From assembly GCA_965213705.1 (NCBI GenBank), contig OZ243913.1, forward strand, positions 2,240,001 to 2,304,000: a DNA stretch of 64,000 nt. The letters are read 5' to 3'. The first letter of the stretch is position 1. Each line of letters starts with the position of its first letter. The stretch comes from Trueperaceae bacterium (GTDB lineage: Bacteria > Deinococcota > Deinococci > Deinococcales > Trueperaceae). A model generated the notes under the pieces. That model made no database searches, was not told the DNA's origin, and was given only the letters and a program-made list of their open reading frames with translations. This document shows, in pieces, positions 9,789 through 18,998 of this stretch. The translations under genes and the position numbers were made by a program.

Positions 9789-10331
9789 TCAAAGTTCTTT
9801 TGCGTACCAGTCCAGGATGGGTTGGGCGTCTATCGCGAAGCGGTAACCGAGCGTTTTCCAGAAACGTTCGGCTCGAGGGTTTTGCCCGTAGATGCTCGCC
9901 AGCACGCGCCGCGCCCGCCCTTGCAAACGCTCTTCCAAACCCAAAACACAACTGCGACCCAAACCGGAACTTTGCAAACGGCCCAGGATGAGCAGCAGGT
10001 TGACCATCACGTCACCGGTGTCGGGGTAGTGCATTTTGTAGTCGAGATAACCCACAACCTGCCGACCGCTCTGCGGGTCGGTAACGCCACACACGTCGGG
10101 CGTTCCCAGGACCAGTTCGGTGCAGCGCCGCGGGTCGTCGGCGGCGGTTTCCAATTCCCTACGCACCTCGTCTAAGGTCGGCGTGGGTATCGAGATGATC
10201 CGAAAGTAGTCGGGCGTCGCTTCGTAGAGCGCGTGAACGATGGGCGCGTCGGTCGGAAAAGCGGGACGCACGTCCAGCGCCGACGTGGCGTAAGCCCGCT
10301 CGGTGAGCGAACCAGGGGTTAGGGGTTTCAT
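9789..10331 (-). CDS. GNAT family N-acetyltransferase
   Basis: LQSSGLGR motif A, NPRAERFWKTLGY motif B; TATACT 8 nt before ATG. Confidence 0.8.
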   Translation of the reverse strand: MKPLTPGSLTERAYATSALDVRPAFPTDAPIVHALYEATPDYFRIISIPTPTLDEVRRELETAADDPRRCTELVLGTPDVCGVTDPQSGRQVVGYLDYKMHYPDTGDVMVNLLLILGRLQSSGLGRSCVLGLEERLQGRARRVLASIYGQNPRAERFWKTLGYRFAIDAQPILDWYAKEL

Positions 10332-10445
10332 GTTCTCACAGTATAAAACCGGGTGAGGCGTTTCGCTCTGCTAAACATCACAAACCTGCGTAACCGTGCG
10401 TGGTAACGCCCTGCAACTCCCCGCCGCTCCGGGGTAAAGTGAGGT

Positions 10446-11393
10446 ATGAAAACCCAGCCGCAAATCGTTTGTATGGGCGACGCCCTCATCGACTTCAAAG
10501 AGACCGGACCGTTGGCCTTTCAAGGCTTTGTGGGGGGGTCGCCGTTAAACGTGTCGGTGGCGGCGGCCCGTCTGGGAGAGGCGGTCGGTTTCGCCTCGCA
10601 AATTTCCGCAGACCAGTTCGGCCGCGCCATCCGCGCGCATTTGCAAGAAAACGGGGTGGGTACCGAGTTTTTGCTGACGAGCGACGCCGCTTCGACCCTC
10701 GCTTTCGTGGGTGAGGTCGAGGGTGAAGCCGTGTTCGACTTTGTCGCCACGCAAACGGCGGACGTGCTCTACAATCCGCAGCCCCGGCAGGTGTTCCCCG
10801 AGACGGTGCGCATGGTCCAGTTCGGCTCTATCAGCCTGCTGCAAGAACCGGCCGCGACCACCCTCACCGACACCGCCGCCGCGCACTGCGAGCGCGCGCT
10901 CGTCGTCTTCGACCCGAACGTGCGCCCGGCCTTGATTGCCGACAAACAAACCTACGAAGCGCGCCTGAAGCGCCAGTGGTTGCCCATCAGCCAAATGGTC
11001 AAGGTAAGTTCGCAGGATTTGCGCTGGCTCTATCCTGACAAAAACCACGGCGCTGTAGCCGCAGACTGGTTGGAGCACGGCCCACATGCCCTCGTCATTA
11101 CCGACGGCGGCGACGGCGTGACGCTGTACCGACCGGGCAAGGCCGCGCTCGGCGTGCCCGCGCCCAGGGTCGAAGTCGTCGACACGGTCGGCGCGGGCGA
11201 CACTTTTACCGGCGCGCTGATGGTGGCGCTGCTGGCTGCGGGGATTTCGGGTCTCGGCTCGGTCAGCGCCGAAACCTGGCGCGAAGTCTTGAGCTACGCC
11301 GCCGCCGCCGCCGCCATGAACTGTACCCGCGCCGGAGCCAACCCGCCTACCAAGCTCGAGCTGGAAAGGTTTATGAGCGAGCGCAAAAGTTAG
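10446..11393 (+). CDS. PfkB family carbohydrate kinase (fructokinase-like)
   Basis: GGSPLNV, FDPNVRP, VVDTVGAGDTF signatures. Confidence 0.9.
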   Translation: MKTQPQIVCMGDALIDFKETGPLAFQGFVGGSPLNVSVAAARLGEAVGFASQISADQFGRAIRAHLQENGVGTEFLLTSDAASTLAFVGEVEGEAVFDFVATQTADVLYNPQPRQVFPETVRMVQFGSISLLQEPAATTLTDTAAAHCERALVVFDPNVRPALIADKQTYEARLKRQWLPISQMVKVSSQDLRWLYPDKNHGAVAADWLEHGPHALVITDGGDGVTLYRPGKAALGVPAPRVEVVDTVGAGDTFTGALMVALLAAGISGLGSVSAETWREVLSYAAAAAAMNCTRAGANPPTKLELERFMSERKS

Positions 11394-11667
11394 GTCTGGT
11401 GCTAACCGAGAAAGGAGAATACAGGACACAGGACGGCCCACTTACTCTCCACCTTTACGTTCTTTCGCTGTTACCAACGGTTGAAGGGATGCAGGAGCGA
11501 CAAAGTAATCCGAGATGGCCTGAGGCGCATGCGTTCGTAGACTGCTTCACCGCGTTCGCGAGGACGGTAGCGCGTGAGTTGAGTCGAGACTTTACGACGC
11601 CGACCTCGCTGAGTTTTGTTGCCGAGCAGCCCGTACTGCGGTAGCTGTCGGGGCTAAACTCGAGGCC

Positions 11668-12168
11668 GTGACTTCTCTTAACGACCTGCCTGTAAAAACG
11701 CGCTTGGACGACCTGCCCGTAAAGTCCTGCCGCCCGCTGCCGGACGCGGCGGCGGCGATTCGCTTCGCCCTGGAACGTTTTCACGAGTCTTGGCACAGCT
11801 ACCACACCGTCACCCCGACGCTCTACGGCGTTCGTGAAGAGGGGTTGGGGGTTTACCTGACCTTGGGTCACCTGCGCAAACCTTACGGCCTCAGTTGGGC
11901 GACCCTAGACGCGCTCAACGAAGCGTTTGAAACCCGGTACACGACGCACGGTTACCTGCTCGCCTCCGAAGCGGTCGGCGACGAGCCGCCGCGCCTCTTG
12001 TTCGGATTGCAGGGCCACACCCACGGCGAAAAGCACTACGGCGGCCTCGACCTGACGACGTTCGCGCCCTTCGAAGGCTTTATCACGACCGAGTTCGACG
12101 TGGCCCCGGAGACTTGGCGCGACCTGCGTCTGGAAGCGGTGAGCAACAGCGGCGCGTCTCTGCGCTGA
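11668..12168 (+). CDS. Hypothetical protein, 166 aa
   Basis: Host-like codon usage, TAAACT -10 seven nt before GTG; no recognised motif. Confidence 0.6.
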   Translation: MTSLNDLPVKTRLDDLPVKSCRPLPDAAAAIRFALERFHESWHSYHTVTPTLYGVREEGLGVYLTLGHLRKPYGLSWATLDALNEAFETRYTTHGYLLASEAVGDEPPRLLFGLQGHTHGEKHYGGLDLTTFAPFEGFITTEFDVAPETWRDLRLEAVSNSGASLR

Positions 12169-12294
12169 CCCTCTCCAGCTTGTAACCAGAGCTTCGACGC
12201 TGGCGTTTCTGTGCCGACGGCCGCCCCTTTAGCCAAACAAACGGCTTGAAATCAGTTACACCCCGACGACTGCGGCGTCCGGTACACTGATCCC

Positions 12295-14616
12295 GTGAAC
12301 CTCCTCGTCGCCCCGCCCGGCTCCGGCAAAACGACGCTGCTTGTAAAGCGGGCTCGAGCCGTCACCCAGCAGGGCGGCCGCGTCTGGTGGGTGGGTTTGC
12401 CCAGTCAGCGCAGCTACGTCTACCGCCGCGCGACCGAGGCGGGCGCACTGTTGGGGCTGGAATTTCTGAGTTCGCAGCAGGTCTACTACCGGCTGCTCGC
12501 CCACGCGCTCCGGCTGAAACCGCTCGTCGTGGGCACGGGGCGGCTGGCGCTGGTCGGCGAGGCACTGCTGCACCTGCGCCGGGAGGTGCCCGCCCCCGGC
12601 GAGGCGCGGCTGTTCGCCACCGCCATCGCCGAGGCGAAACGTTACGGCCTGACCTACAAAGAGGTCGCCGGGCAGGACGAAGAAACACAGCGTTTCCGCG
12701 ACGTGTTCCGGGTCTACGAAACCGTCAAGGGCGAAAGATGGGACTACGACGACTTTCGCACCGAGGCGCTTCGTTTGGCCGCCGAGTTGACCACGAAAGG
12801 CGAGGCCGACCTCGTCGTGGTAGACGGTTTCCGCGAGATAGGTCCGTTGGAACTGCGCATCTACAAAGCGCTCGCCGCGCACACCGAAGTGTGGCTGAGC
12901 TTGCCCGAAGCGCCGCCCGGTGAAACGGCTACTCATCAGCTCGAGCCTAGAACCACCCCGCCTCCCCGCAGCTACCGCGCCGCCAATCCCGTGACCGAAG
13001 CCAGGTGGTTGCTCCGTTCGCTGAAGCGCGACCTTGCCAGCGGTTACGACCCGCTCGAGCTGGCCGTCATCCTGCCCGAGCGCGAGGTCAAAGCGTTCGT
13101 CGCGCTCGGCGACGAGTACGGCGTGCCGCTGATGGACGAAACGCCCAAGGCCCTCGCCGACACCCTTGCCGGGCGCTTGTTGATGAGCTTGTTGGAACTG
13201 CCCGACTACCCGACCGCCTCGAGACTGCTCGCCGTCCCCGACCTGACGCGGTTGGCGAACGCCGCGCTCGAGCGCGGCGTGGCAGGGCTCGAGGCCGTCA
13301 ACGTCCTTGCCAAAGAACTCGGCCTGGAAGCGAGTTGGCGGAAGTGGTTGGGACTGTTGGAAGTGCCGGACAACGAAGTCGTCTGGGCCGAACACCTGCT
13401 CGAGACGAGCCTGCCCAACCTCAGAAAAGAATTGCCGCAGGACCTCGGCTGGGCGGCGTTCAAAAAGCACGCCCTCCAACGTGCAAAAGAGGCGAGTTCG
13501 CTCGCTAAGGGCGCTTCGTTCCGGGCCTGGTGGGGCGCGCTGTTGCAAGAAACGTTCCTATTTGACGCACCCAAGGGCGGCGTCGCGCTGCTGACCCACA
13601 AACTCGCCTCGGGGCGGCGCTTCAAAAAGGTTTACCTGAGCCACGCCGTCGAGGGCGCGTACAGCGTCGGCGAAGGCGAGGACTACTTCATCCCCGAAGA
13701 AGAACGGGGCGAGATTGCCGAGGTCTTCGGCCGCCTCGGCCTGCCCAAACGCTTTCTGGGTCGCGACGTGGCGCTGTTCGCCGAACTGCTGACGCGCGGT
13801 GACGAAACCGTCATCACCTACGCCGAGGCCGGCCAGGGCGGGCCGAACGTGACCGCGACCGAAATCGTCGGGTTGGAGCGGGCGGACACCTTACCCGACC
13901 TGCCCGCCGCCAGCCGTTTGGAGCTGCCCACGCTGGCGAGCTACACCGCCAGGGTGAGCACCCTGCCTTTGGGCACCGTCTCGCTGCAAAACCTCAAACG
14001 CTACGAGGACTGCGCCTTTCGCTACTGGGCCGAGGCGCGTATCGAGACCGGCGAAACGCCGCTTTGGTGGCGAGAGCTGTTAATCCGCCTGCGCGAAAAC
14101 TCCCGGCTCAACGTGGCGCGGCTCGAGCTGCTCAAAAGCGACTACCCGGAAGCCGCGCCGTGGCTGAACACGCACGCCGGACGCCTCATGGCGCTCAACT
14201 TCGGCGTGACGCTGCCCGAGACCGGCGACGGCCCGCGCGCCTACCTAGACGCCGCCGGCCGTAGCGGCAGCGAGGTGACGCTGTACCGCTTCACCGGGCC
14301 GGGCCGCAGCTTCGACACCGGCGAGGCGGGCAAGTATATCGACGGGCGCTGGAACGAACTGTGGGCGGCGGGCCACATGCTTAGCGGCTACGGTGGGCGT
14401 GTGAGCCGCGTCCACGTCCTCGTCTGGCCGCTACTCGCCGAGCCGGTCGCGGCCTATGACGGCGGCGTCGCCTACGTGTGGCGGCGCATCATCAGCCGCC
14501 AAGACAAAGCCGAAGCCGCGCACGAGCGCTTTCGCAGCGGCGACGTGCGCCCCAACCCCGGCTTCCGCTGCCGCGAGTGTAGGGTTGCGGACGTGTGCCG
14601 GGCGGGGCAGCGGTAA
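12295..14616 (+). CDS. AddB/RexB-like protein: N-terminal P-loop helicase-like region plus C-terminal PD-(D/E)XK-like domain with 4-Cys Fe-S staple
   Basis: APPGSGKTT Walker A, VVVDGF, YEDCAFRYW...CRECRVADVC; TACACT -10 six nt before GTG. Confidence 0.7.
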   Translation: MNLLVAPPGSGKTTLLVKRARAVTQQGGRVWWVGLPSQRSYVYRRATEAGALLGLEFLSSQQVYYRLLAHALRLKPLVVGTGRLALVGEALLHLRREVPAPGEARLFATAIAEAKRYGLTYKEVAGQDEETQRFRDVFRVYETVKGERWDYDDFRTEALRLAAELTTKGEADLVVVDGFREIGPLELRIYKALAAHTEVWLSLPEAPPGETATHQLEPRTTPPPRSYRAANPVTEARWLLRSLKRDLASGYDPLELAVILPEREVKAFVALGDEYGVPLMDETPKALADTLAGRLLMSLLELPDYPTASRLLAVPDLTRLANAALERGVAGLEAVNVLAKELGLEASWRKWLGLLEVPDNEVVWAEHLLETSLPNLRKELPQDLGWAAFKKHALQRAKEASSLAKGASFRAWWGALLQETFLFDAPKGGVALLTHKLASGRRFKKVYLSHAVEGAYSVGEGEDYFIPEEERGEIAEVFGRLGLPKRFLGRDVALFAELLTRGDETVITYAEAGQGGPNVTATEIVGLERADTLPDLPAASRLELPTLASYTARVSTLPLGTVSLQNLKRYEDCAFRYWAEARIETGETPLWWRELLIRLRENSRLNVARLELLKSDYPEAAPWLNTHAGRLMALNFGVTLPETGDGPRAYLDAAGRSGSEVTLYRFTGPGRSFDTGEAGKYIDGRWNELWAAGHMLSGYGGRVSRVHVLVWPLLAEPVAAYDGGVAYVWRRIISRQDKAEAAHERFRSGDVRPNPGFRCRECRVADVCRAGQR

Positions 14617-14688
14617 GAAAAATGATTGTGTTTTTCACTAGACAGTTTATAGTTATGCGGCAGGCGTCTTGATTTATAGGAGCAAAAT

Positions 14689-15150
14689 GTGAACGTTGAA
14701 GCCAATGAGAATCGCATTCAAATTCAACTCGAGCTACCTGTGCCAATCAAGTGGGTATGGGCGCTTCTTACGGAGCGGGAGCATATTGACCAGTGGTGGG
14801 GAGAGCACGTCAAGCTCGAGTCAGGTGTCGGAGGCAAATTCATAGAAGCGTGGTCTGATGGCAACCGCGACGTGATAACGTCTGGCAACATAACCCACTA
14901 TGACCCGCCCAACGTGCTGGCAATAACTTGGGCAGACGATGATTGGTCAGGTGATACTCGAGTAGTCTTTCAACTATCTGAGCAAGATGAGGCCACTCAG
15001 CTTCTTATAGAACATTCTGGATGGCAAATACATCCAGAGCCTAAACGCTCAAACCTGATAGATGACCATGCCGAGGGCTGGACACAGAACTTAGAAAACC
15101 TCATAAACTACGCAAAAGAAGTCCAGTCAAAAGGCAACTATGCAAATTAA
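14689..15150 (+). CDS. SRPBCC/AHSA1 domain protein
   Basis: VWALLTE..IDQWW, GGKF, PPNVLAITW, T.L.IEHSGW, HAEGW; low GC. Confidence 0.85.
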   Translation: MNVEANENRIQIQLELPVPIKWVWALLTEREHIDQWWGEHVKLESGVGGKFIEAWSDGNRDVITSGNITHYDPPNVLAITWADDDWSGDTRVVFQLSEQDEATQLLIEHSGWQIHPEPKRSNLIDDHAEGWTQNLENLINYAKEVQSKGNYAN

Positions 15151-15187
15151 CCTGCAAGTTGCTGCATAACTAAGCTAAGGATTCGTT

Positions 15188-15652
15188 GTGGAATACTGGC
15201 AAAAACTAAGACAAGCCGTTGGGCATGAAACCCTCGTCCTTCCTGCCGCTGCGGGCGCTGTCGTGAAGGACGGCAAAATCTTAATCGTCCGTAGCAACTC
15301 GATGAAAAAGTGGCAGGTTCCGGGCGGTTTGCTCGAGCCCGGCGAAGCTATCCAAACCACCGTATGCCGCGAACTCAAGGAGGAACTCGGGCTTGTTTTG
15401 GAAGCTCGAGACCTCATCTCCGTTTACAGCGGTGCGAAATGGCTCACCGAGTACCCGAATGGTGACAAGGTTCAGCAGTTCTTGTTCTTTTTCAAAATGG
15501 AAGGTGACGTTGACGAAATCGAGTTGCAGAAAAGTGAACTCAGCGATTATCGGTTTGTCGGCCCCGACGAAGTGCCGGAAGACACCATGCTTTGTTGCAA
15601 GCAGAAAGTTCTCGACTATTTTGCTTATCAAGGTCAGACTATTTTTAGGTGA
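15188..15652 (+). CDS. NUDIX hydrolase
   Basis: Nudix box GGLLEPGEAIQTTVCRELKEELG; YPNGD motif. Confidence 0.9.
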   Translation: MEYWQKLRQAVGHETLVLPAAAGAVVKDGKILIVRSNSMKKWQVPGGLLEPGEAIQTTVCRELKEELGLVLEARDLISVYSGAKWLTEYPNGDKVQQFLFFFKMEGDVDEIELQKSELSDYRFVGPDEVPEDTMLCCKQKVLDYFAYQGQTIFR

Positions 15653-15774
15653 CAGTTCGTTAGCTTTACGTGCGCGAGCCGCTCCGAAGGCAAGGTGTAG
15701 ATAAGACTTTGTTCGAGGGTATCCGCGCTTGGGCTGAAAGCGTTGGGGCAACGAAAATGAGGCATCTTGCATAG
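15652..15774 (+). pseudogene. C-terminal fragment of a GNAT acetyltransferase
   Basis: Manual translation TVR*LYVREPLRRQGVDKTLFEGIRAWAESVGATKMRHLA*, resembling GNAT motif A, with in-frame stop at 15661 and no start. Confidence 0.5.
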
Positions 15775-15827
15775 ATGATTCTCGACCTTGTTGCTCAAAC
15801 CCAAAATCGGGCGAAGCTGCAAAATAC

Positions 15828-15856
15828 TTGACAGCAAATAGCATACTGTATACAAT
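15828..15856 (+). promoter_or_regulatory. sigma70 promoter TTGACA-17-TACAAT with overlapping TGTATACA palindrome (candidate GntR/FadR operator)
   Basis: TTGACA 15828-33, TACAAT 15851-56, TGTATACA 15847-54, directly upstream of the GntR gene. Confidence 0.7.
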
Positions 15857-15919
15857 CATCCTGTTTAACAAACCGAATAAGCCCCGAAACGGTCCTGGCG
15901 TTTTACGAAAGGCTGCCCC

Positions 15920-16594
15920 TTGACGGTGTTTGCTCCTATCCGCACGACGACGTTACGCGACCGCGTGGTCGAGCAGGTGCGCACCGCCATCATCGAGGGT
16001 CGTCTCAGGCCCGGTGACCACGTCGCCGAGGTCAAGCTCACCCAGCAGCTCGGGGTGAGCCGGACGCCGGTGCGCGAGGCGCTGATTCTGCTCGAGCGCG
16101 AAGGCTTGGTCGTCGCCGAGCCCAACCGCGGCTGTTTCGTGCGCGCCTTTGGCGAAGCCGACGTGGACGCTATTTTTTCGATGCGCACCGTGCTGGAAAC
16201 CTTTGCCGCCGAGCGGGTTGTCGGGTCGCTGAGTGCGGCGGATTTTACGGTGCTGGACGACCTCATCGCGCAGCAAGAACGTTTTATCGAGGCCGACGAC
16301 TTCAGGGGCGTGCGCAGCACCGACATGGCCTTTCACCAGAGCTTGGTCGAGCGCGCCGCGCACCCACTTTTGGAGCGCGGTTGGCGCGAACTCGTCGCGC
16401 AAATCGCCGCGCTGCTTTACTTGCGCGCCGACGCGATTCGGGACTACGACGAAGAGCGGGCGGTTCGGGACCATCGGGCGATTTTGGGAGCGCTGCGCGC
16501 GGGCGACCTGGCCGCGGTAAGAGCGCAGCACGACCGCATCAACGCCCGCGTCGCCGCCGAGTGCCGCTTCGCCGTGCGGGAGTTGGCGGGGTGA
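15920..16594 (+). CDS. GntR family (FCD) transcriptional regulator of the apiose cluster
   Basis: LGVSRTPVREAL wHTH, DMAFH and DHRAIL FCD motifs. Confidence 0.9.
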   Translation: MTVFAPIRTTTLRDRVVEQVRTAIIEGRLRPGDHVAEVKLTQQLGVSRTPVREALILLEREGLVVAEPNRGCFVRAFGEADVDAIFSMRTVLETFAAERVVGSLSAADFTVLDDLIAQQERFIEADDFRGVRSTDMAFHQSLVERAAHPLLERGWRELVAQIAALLYLRADAIRDYDEERAVRDHRAILGALRAGDLAAVRAQHDRINARVAAECRFAVRELAG

Positions 16595-16631
16595 GGCTAT
16601 TAGACCAACTCAGCTTACGCGTCTTTTTTCG

Positions 16632-16689
16632 GCAGGGGAGAAAAAGTTTTTGCTTTCACTCGGTACTTTCCACTCGGGCCTCGGTACTT
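16632..16689 (-). repeat. Dispersed ~58-bp repeat, copy 1
   Basis: Reverse complement differs at 3 of 58 positions from copy 2 at 18887-18944. Confidence 0.9.
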
Positions 16690-16762
16690 AACTTTAAGGA
16701 GGTCAACCGTACAACGCCGTGAACGTCAGCTTGCAAACCTCGACCCTTAGGGAGACAAAACT

Positions 16763-17746
16763 GTGAAATTCTTGAAAACAACCCTCTTCGCCGCACTCGT
16801 TACGCTCATGGCAGGCGCGAGCGCGCAGACCGTCTGCTTCGGTTATCAAGACTTGGAAACCGAGTTTTGGGTGGCTGGGCACCGCGCCATGATTCAGTCG
16901 CTCGAGGACCAGGGCGTCACCGTCATCGAGCGCAACGCGAACGAGGACGCGAATAGGCAGCTCGAGCAGGTGCGCGACTGCATCGCGCAGGGCGTCGACG
17001 GCATCATTATCATCCCGCAGGACGGGGCGAGCGCGATTACCATCATCGGCGAGGCCAACGCGGCCGATGTGCCGATTGCGGTCTTCAACCGCCCGCCCAA
17101 CCCGGACAATCCCAACAACGCCATCGTGGTCGTGGCCGACAACGTTTCGATTGCCGAGCAGGCGGTCGAGCACTTGGCCGAACAAGCGCAGGCGCTTGGG
17201 TTAGACCGCAAGGTGCAGCCCCTCATCATGGTCGGCGCGCTCGCTGACACGAACGCCATCGGGCGGCGCGAGGGCTTTCTGAACGTGATTGCCAAATACC
17301 CCGACCTGTTCGCCGAGCCCATCGAAGTGCCGACGAACTGGGACGCCGCCACCGCGCTCGCCAACTTAGAGAGCGCCTTGCAGGCCAACCCGGACGTGGA
17401 CCTAATCTTCACCTCGTCGGACTTCTTGTTCCCGCAGATTCGCGCGGCCTTGTCGCAGCGGGGCAAGTGGGCCCCCAAGGGCGACCCCAACCACGTGATT
17501 CTGGGCGGGCTCGACGGTGACGTGACCGCCTGCCGGCTCATGAAAGAAGGTTACGTCGACTCTACCGGCGTGCAAGACCTCTTCTTCGAGGCGGACTCTA
17601 CGGTGAACGCGCTCTTGGCAGCGATTCAGGCCGGCGAAGCCCAGCCCAACGAGCAAATCGACGACCCCGGCTTCGCGCTCACCCAGGACAACATCGGCGA
17701 GCGCGAGATGGACATGTGGGGCTGCGTGCTCCTCGCCGACCAGTAG
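16763..17746 (+). CDS. Sugar ABC transporter substrate-binding protein (RbsB-like)
   Basis: Signal peptide ending ASA-Q, GVDGIIIIP, Peripla_BP pattern. Confidence 0.9.
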   Translation: MKFLKTTLFAALVTLMAGASAQTVCFGYQDLETEFWVAGHRAMIQSLEDQGVTVIERNANEDANRQLEQVRDCIAQGVDGIIIIPQDGASAITIIGEANAADVPIAVFNRPPNPDNPNNAIVVVADNVSIAEQAVEHLAEQAQALGLDRKVQPLIMVGALADTNAIGRREGFLNVIAKYPDLFAEPIEVPTNWDAATALANLESALQANPDVDLIFTSSDFLFPQIRAALSQRGKWAPKGDPNHVILGGLDGDVTACRLMKEGYVDSTGVQDLFFEADSTVNALLAAIQAGEAQPNEQIDDPGFALTQDNIGEREMDMWGCVLLADQ

Positions 17747-17757
17747 GATTTGGGGGG

Positions 17758-17783
17758 AAAGGGTAGCCGCGCGGCTACCCTTT
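17758..17783. repeat. Perfect palindrome/stem-loop between binding-protein and permease genes
   Basis: AAAGGGTAGCCGC|GCGGCTACCCTTT. Confidence 0.8.
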
Positions 17784-17791
17784 CAAACTTT

Positions 17792-18883
17792 ATGAGCGAT
17801 TTGTCTTCTCGAACGCAAACTCCTTCCGCTGGAGTGGGGGCTCGAGCTTTGCGCGTTTTACAGCGAATCCTCGTGTCCGAATATTTCGTGCTGTTGCTGG
17901 CTCTTTTACTGTTCGCCGTCCTCGCGCCCTTCGTGCCGCGCTTCGCGTCGCTGCGCAACTTAGCAAACGTCGCCTCGAACGCCTGGCCGCTCCTGGCGAT
18001 TGCCGTGGGGCAAACGCTCGTCCTCATCATCGCGGGCATCGACTTGTCGCAGATTGCAGTCATTGCGGTCTCGAGCGTGTTGGGCGGCATGATTATGACC
18101 GGCGCGGCCAACCCGGTGCTGTTCGACAAAACGCCGCTCTGGGGCATCCTGTTCTCCGAGAGCGGCGGCTTGTTGGCGAACACGCCCTGGGCCGTGCCGG
18201 TCGGTTTGCTGATGATGTTCGCGGCGGGCGCAACTATCGGTCTCGTCAACGGGGTTGCCATCGCAAAAGCCAAGCTGCCCCCCTTTATGATGACGCTCAT
18301 CACGCTGCTGTTTTTCAGCTCGTTCGCGGTGTACCTGACGCGGGCCGAGAACATCTCGAACCTGCCGCCGACCTTTACGGTTTTGGGTGGCACTCGCGCG
18401 AGTCCGTGGCTGGGCTATCCGCTTCTCGTCTCGGGCGGGCTGGCGCTGCTCGTCCACCTGCTGCTCGGTCGCACCGTGTTCGGGCGCTGGCTTTACGCGG
18501 TCGGGCTCAACCGGGAGGCGGCGCGCATTTCGGGCGTGCCGGTAGGGCGGGTCATCATCACGACCTACGTGCTGAGCGCGCTCTGCGCCACGGTGGGCGG
18601 CGTGCTCTACTCGGCGCGGTTGGGGATGGGTCGCCCCGGCTTCGGCGAGGGTTTTGACCTGCTACTCGACGTCATCGGCGCGACCGTCATCGGCGGGACG
18701 AGTTTGTTCGGCGGGCAGGGCAAAGTTCTCTGGACGGTGTTCGGGGTGCTCTTGTTCGTACTGCTGACCAACGCGCTCAACCTCCTCAACTTGTCCTACT
18801 TTACGGTCAACATCGTCAAGGGGGCGTTTATCTTGCTGGCGGCGCTCCTCGACGTGACGCGGCGGCGGTTGACGACGTTATGA
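17792..18883 (+). CDS. Sugar ABC transporter permease
   Basis: AGIDLS, GRWLYAVGLNREAARISGV, IGGTSLFGG; ATG 17792 preferred over TTG 17750. Confidence 0.9.
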   Translation: MSDLSSRTQTPSAGVGARALRVLQRILVSEYFVLLLALLLFAVLAPFVPRFASLRNLANVASNAWPLLAIAVGQTLVLIIAGIDLSQIAVIAVSSVLGGMIMTGAANPVLFDKTPLWGILFSESGGLLANTPWAVPVGLLMMFAAGATIGLVNGVAIAKAKLPPFMMTLITLLFFSSFAVYLTRAENISNLPPTFTVLGGTRASPWLGYPLLVSGGLALLVHLLLGRTVFGRWLYAVGLNREAARISGVPVGRVIITTYVLSALCATVGGVLYSARLGMGRPGFGEGFDLLLDVIGATVIGGTSLFGGQGKVLWTVFGVLLFVLLTNALNLLNLSYFTVNIVKGAFILLAALLDVTRRRLTTL

Positions 18884-18886
18884 AAA

Positions 18887-18944
18887 AAGTACCGAGCCCC
18901 GAGTGGAAAGTACCGAGTAAAAGCAAAAACTTTTTCTCTCCTGC
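18887..18944 (+). repeat. Dispersed ~58-bp repeat, copy 2
   Basis: AAGTACCGAGCCCCGAGTGGAAAGTACCGAGTAAAAGCAAAAACTTTTTCTCTCCTGC right after the permease stop. Confidence 0.9.
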
Positions 18945-18998
18945 TTCTCCGCTTCCCTGCACCTCTGCTCGCCTGCTCGAGAAAGCCGCGCCAACCCG

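Noticed and set aside
11399..11644. 81-aa ORF / degenerate AAGTAATC...GACTGCTTC palindromic repeat
   Set aside because: No coding motifs, and the repeat similarity is too weak with no second copy in the window.
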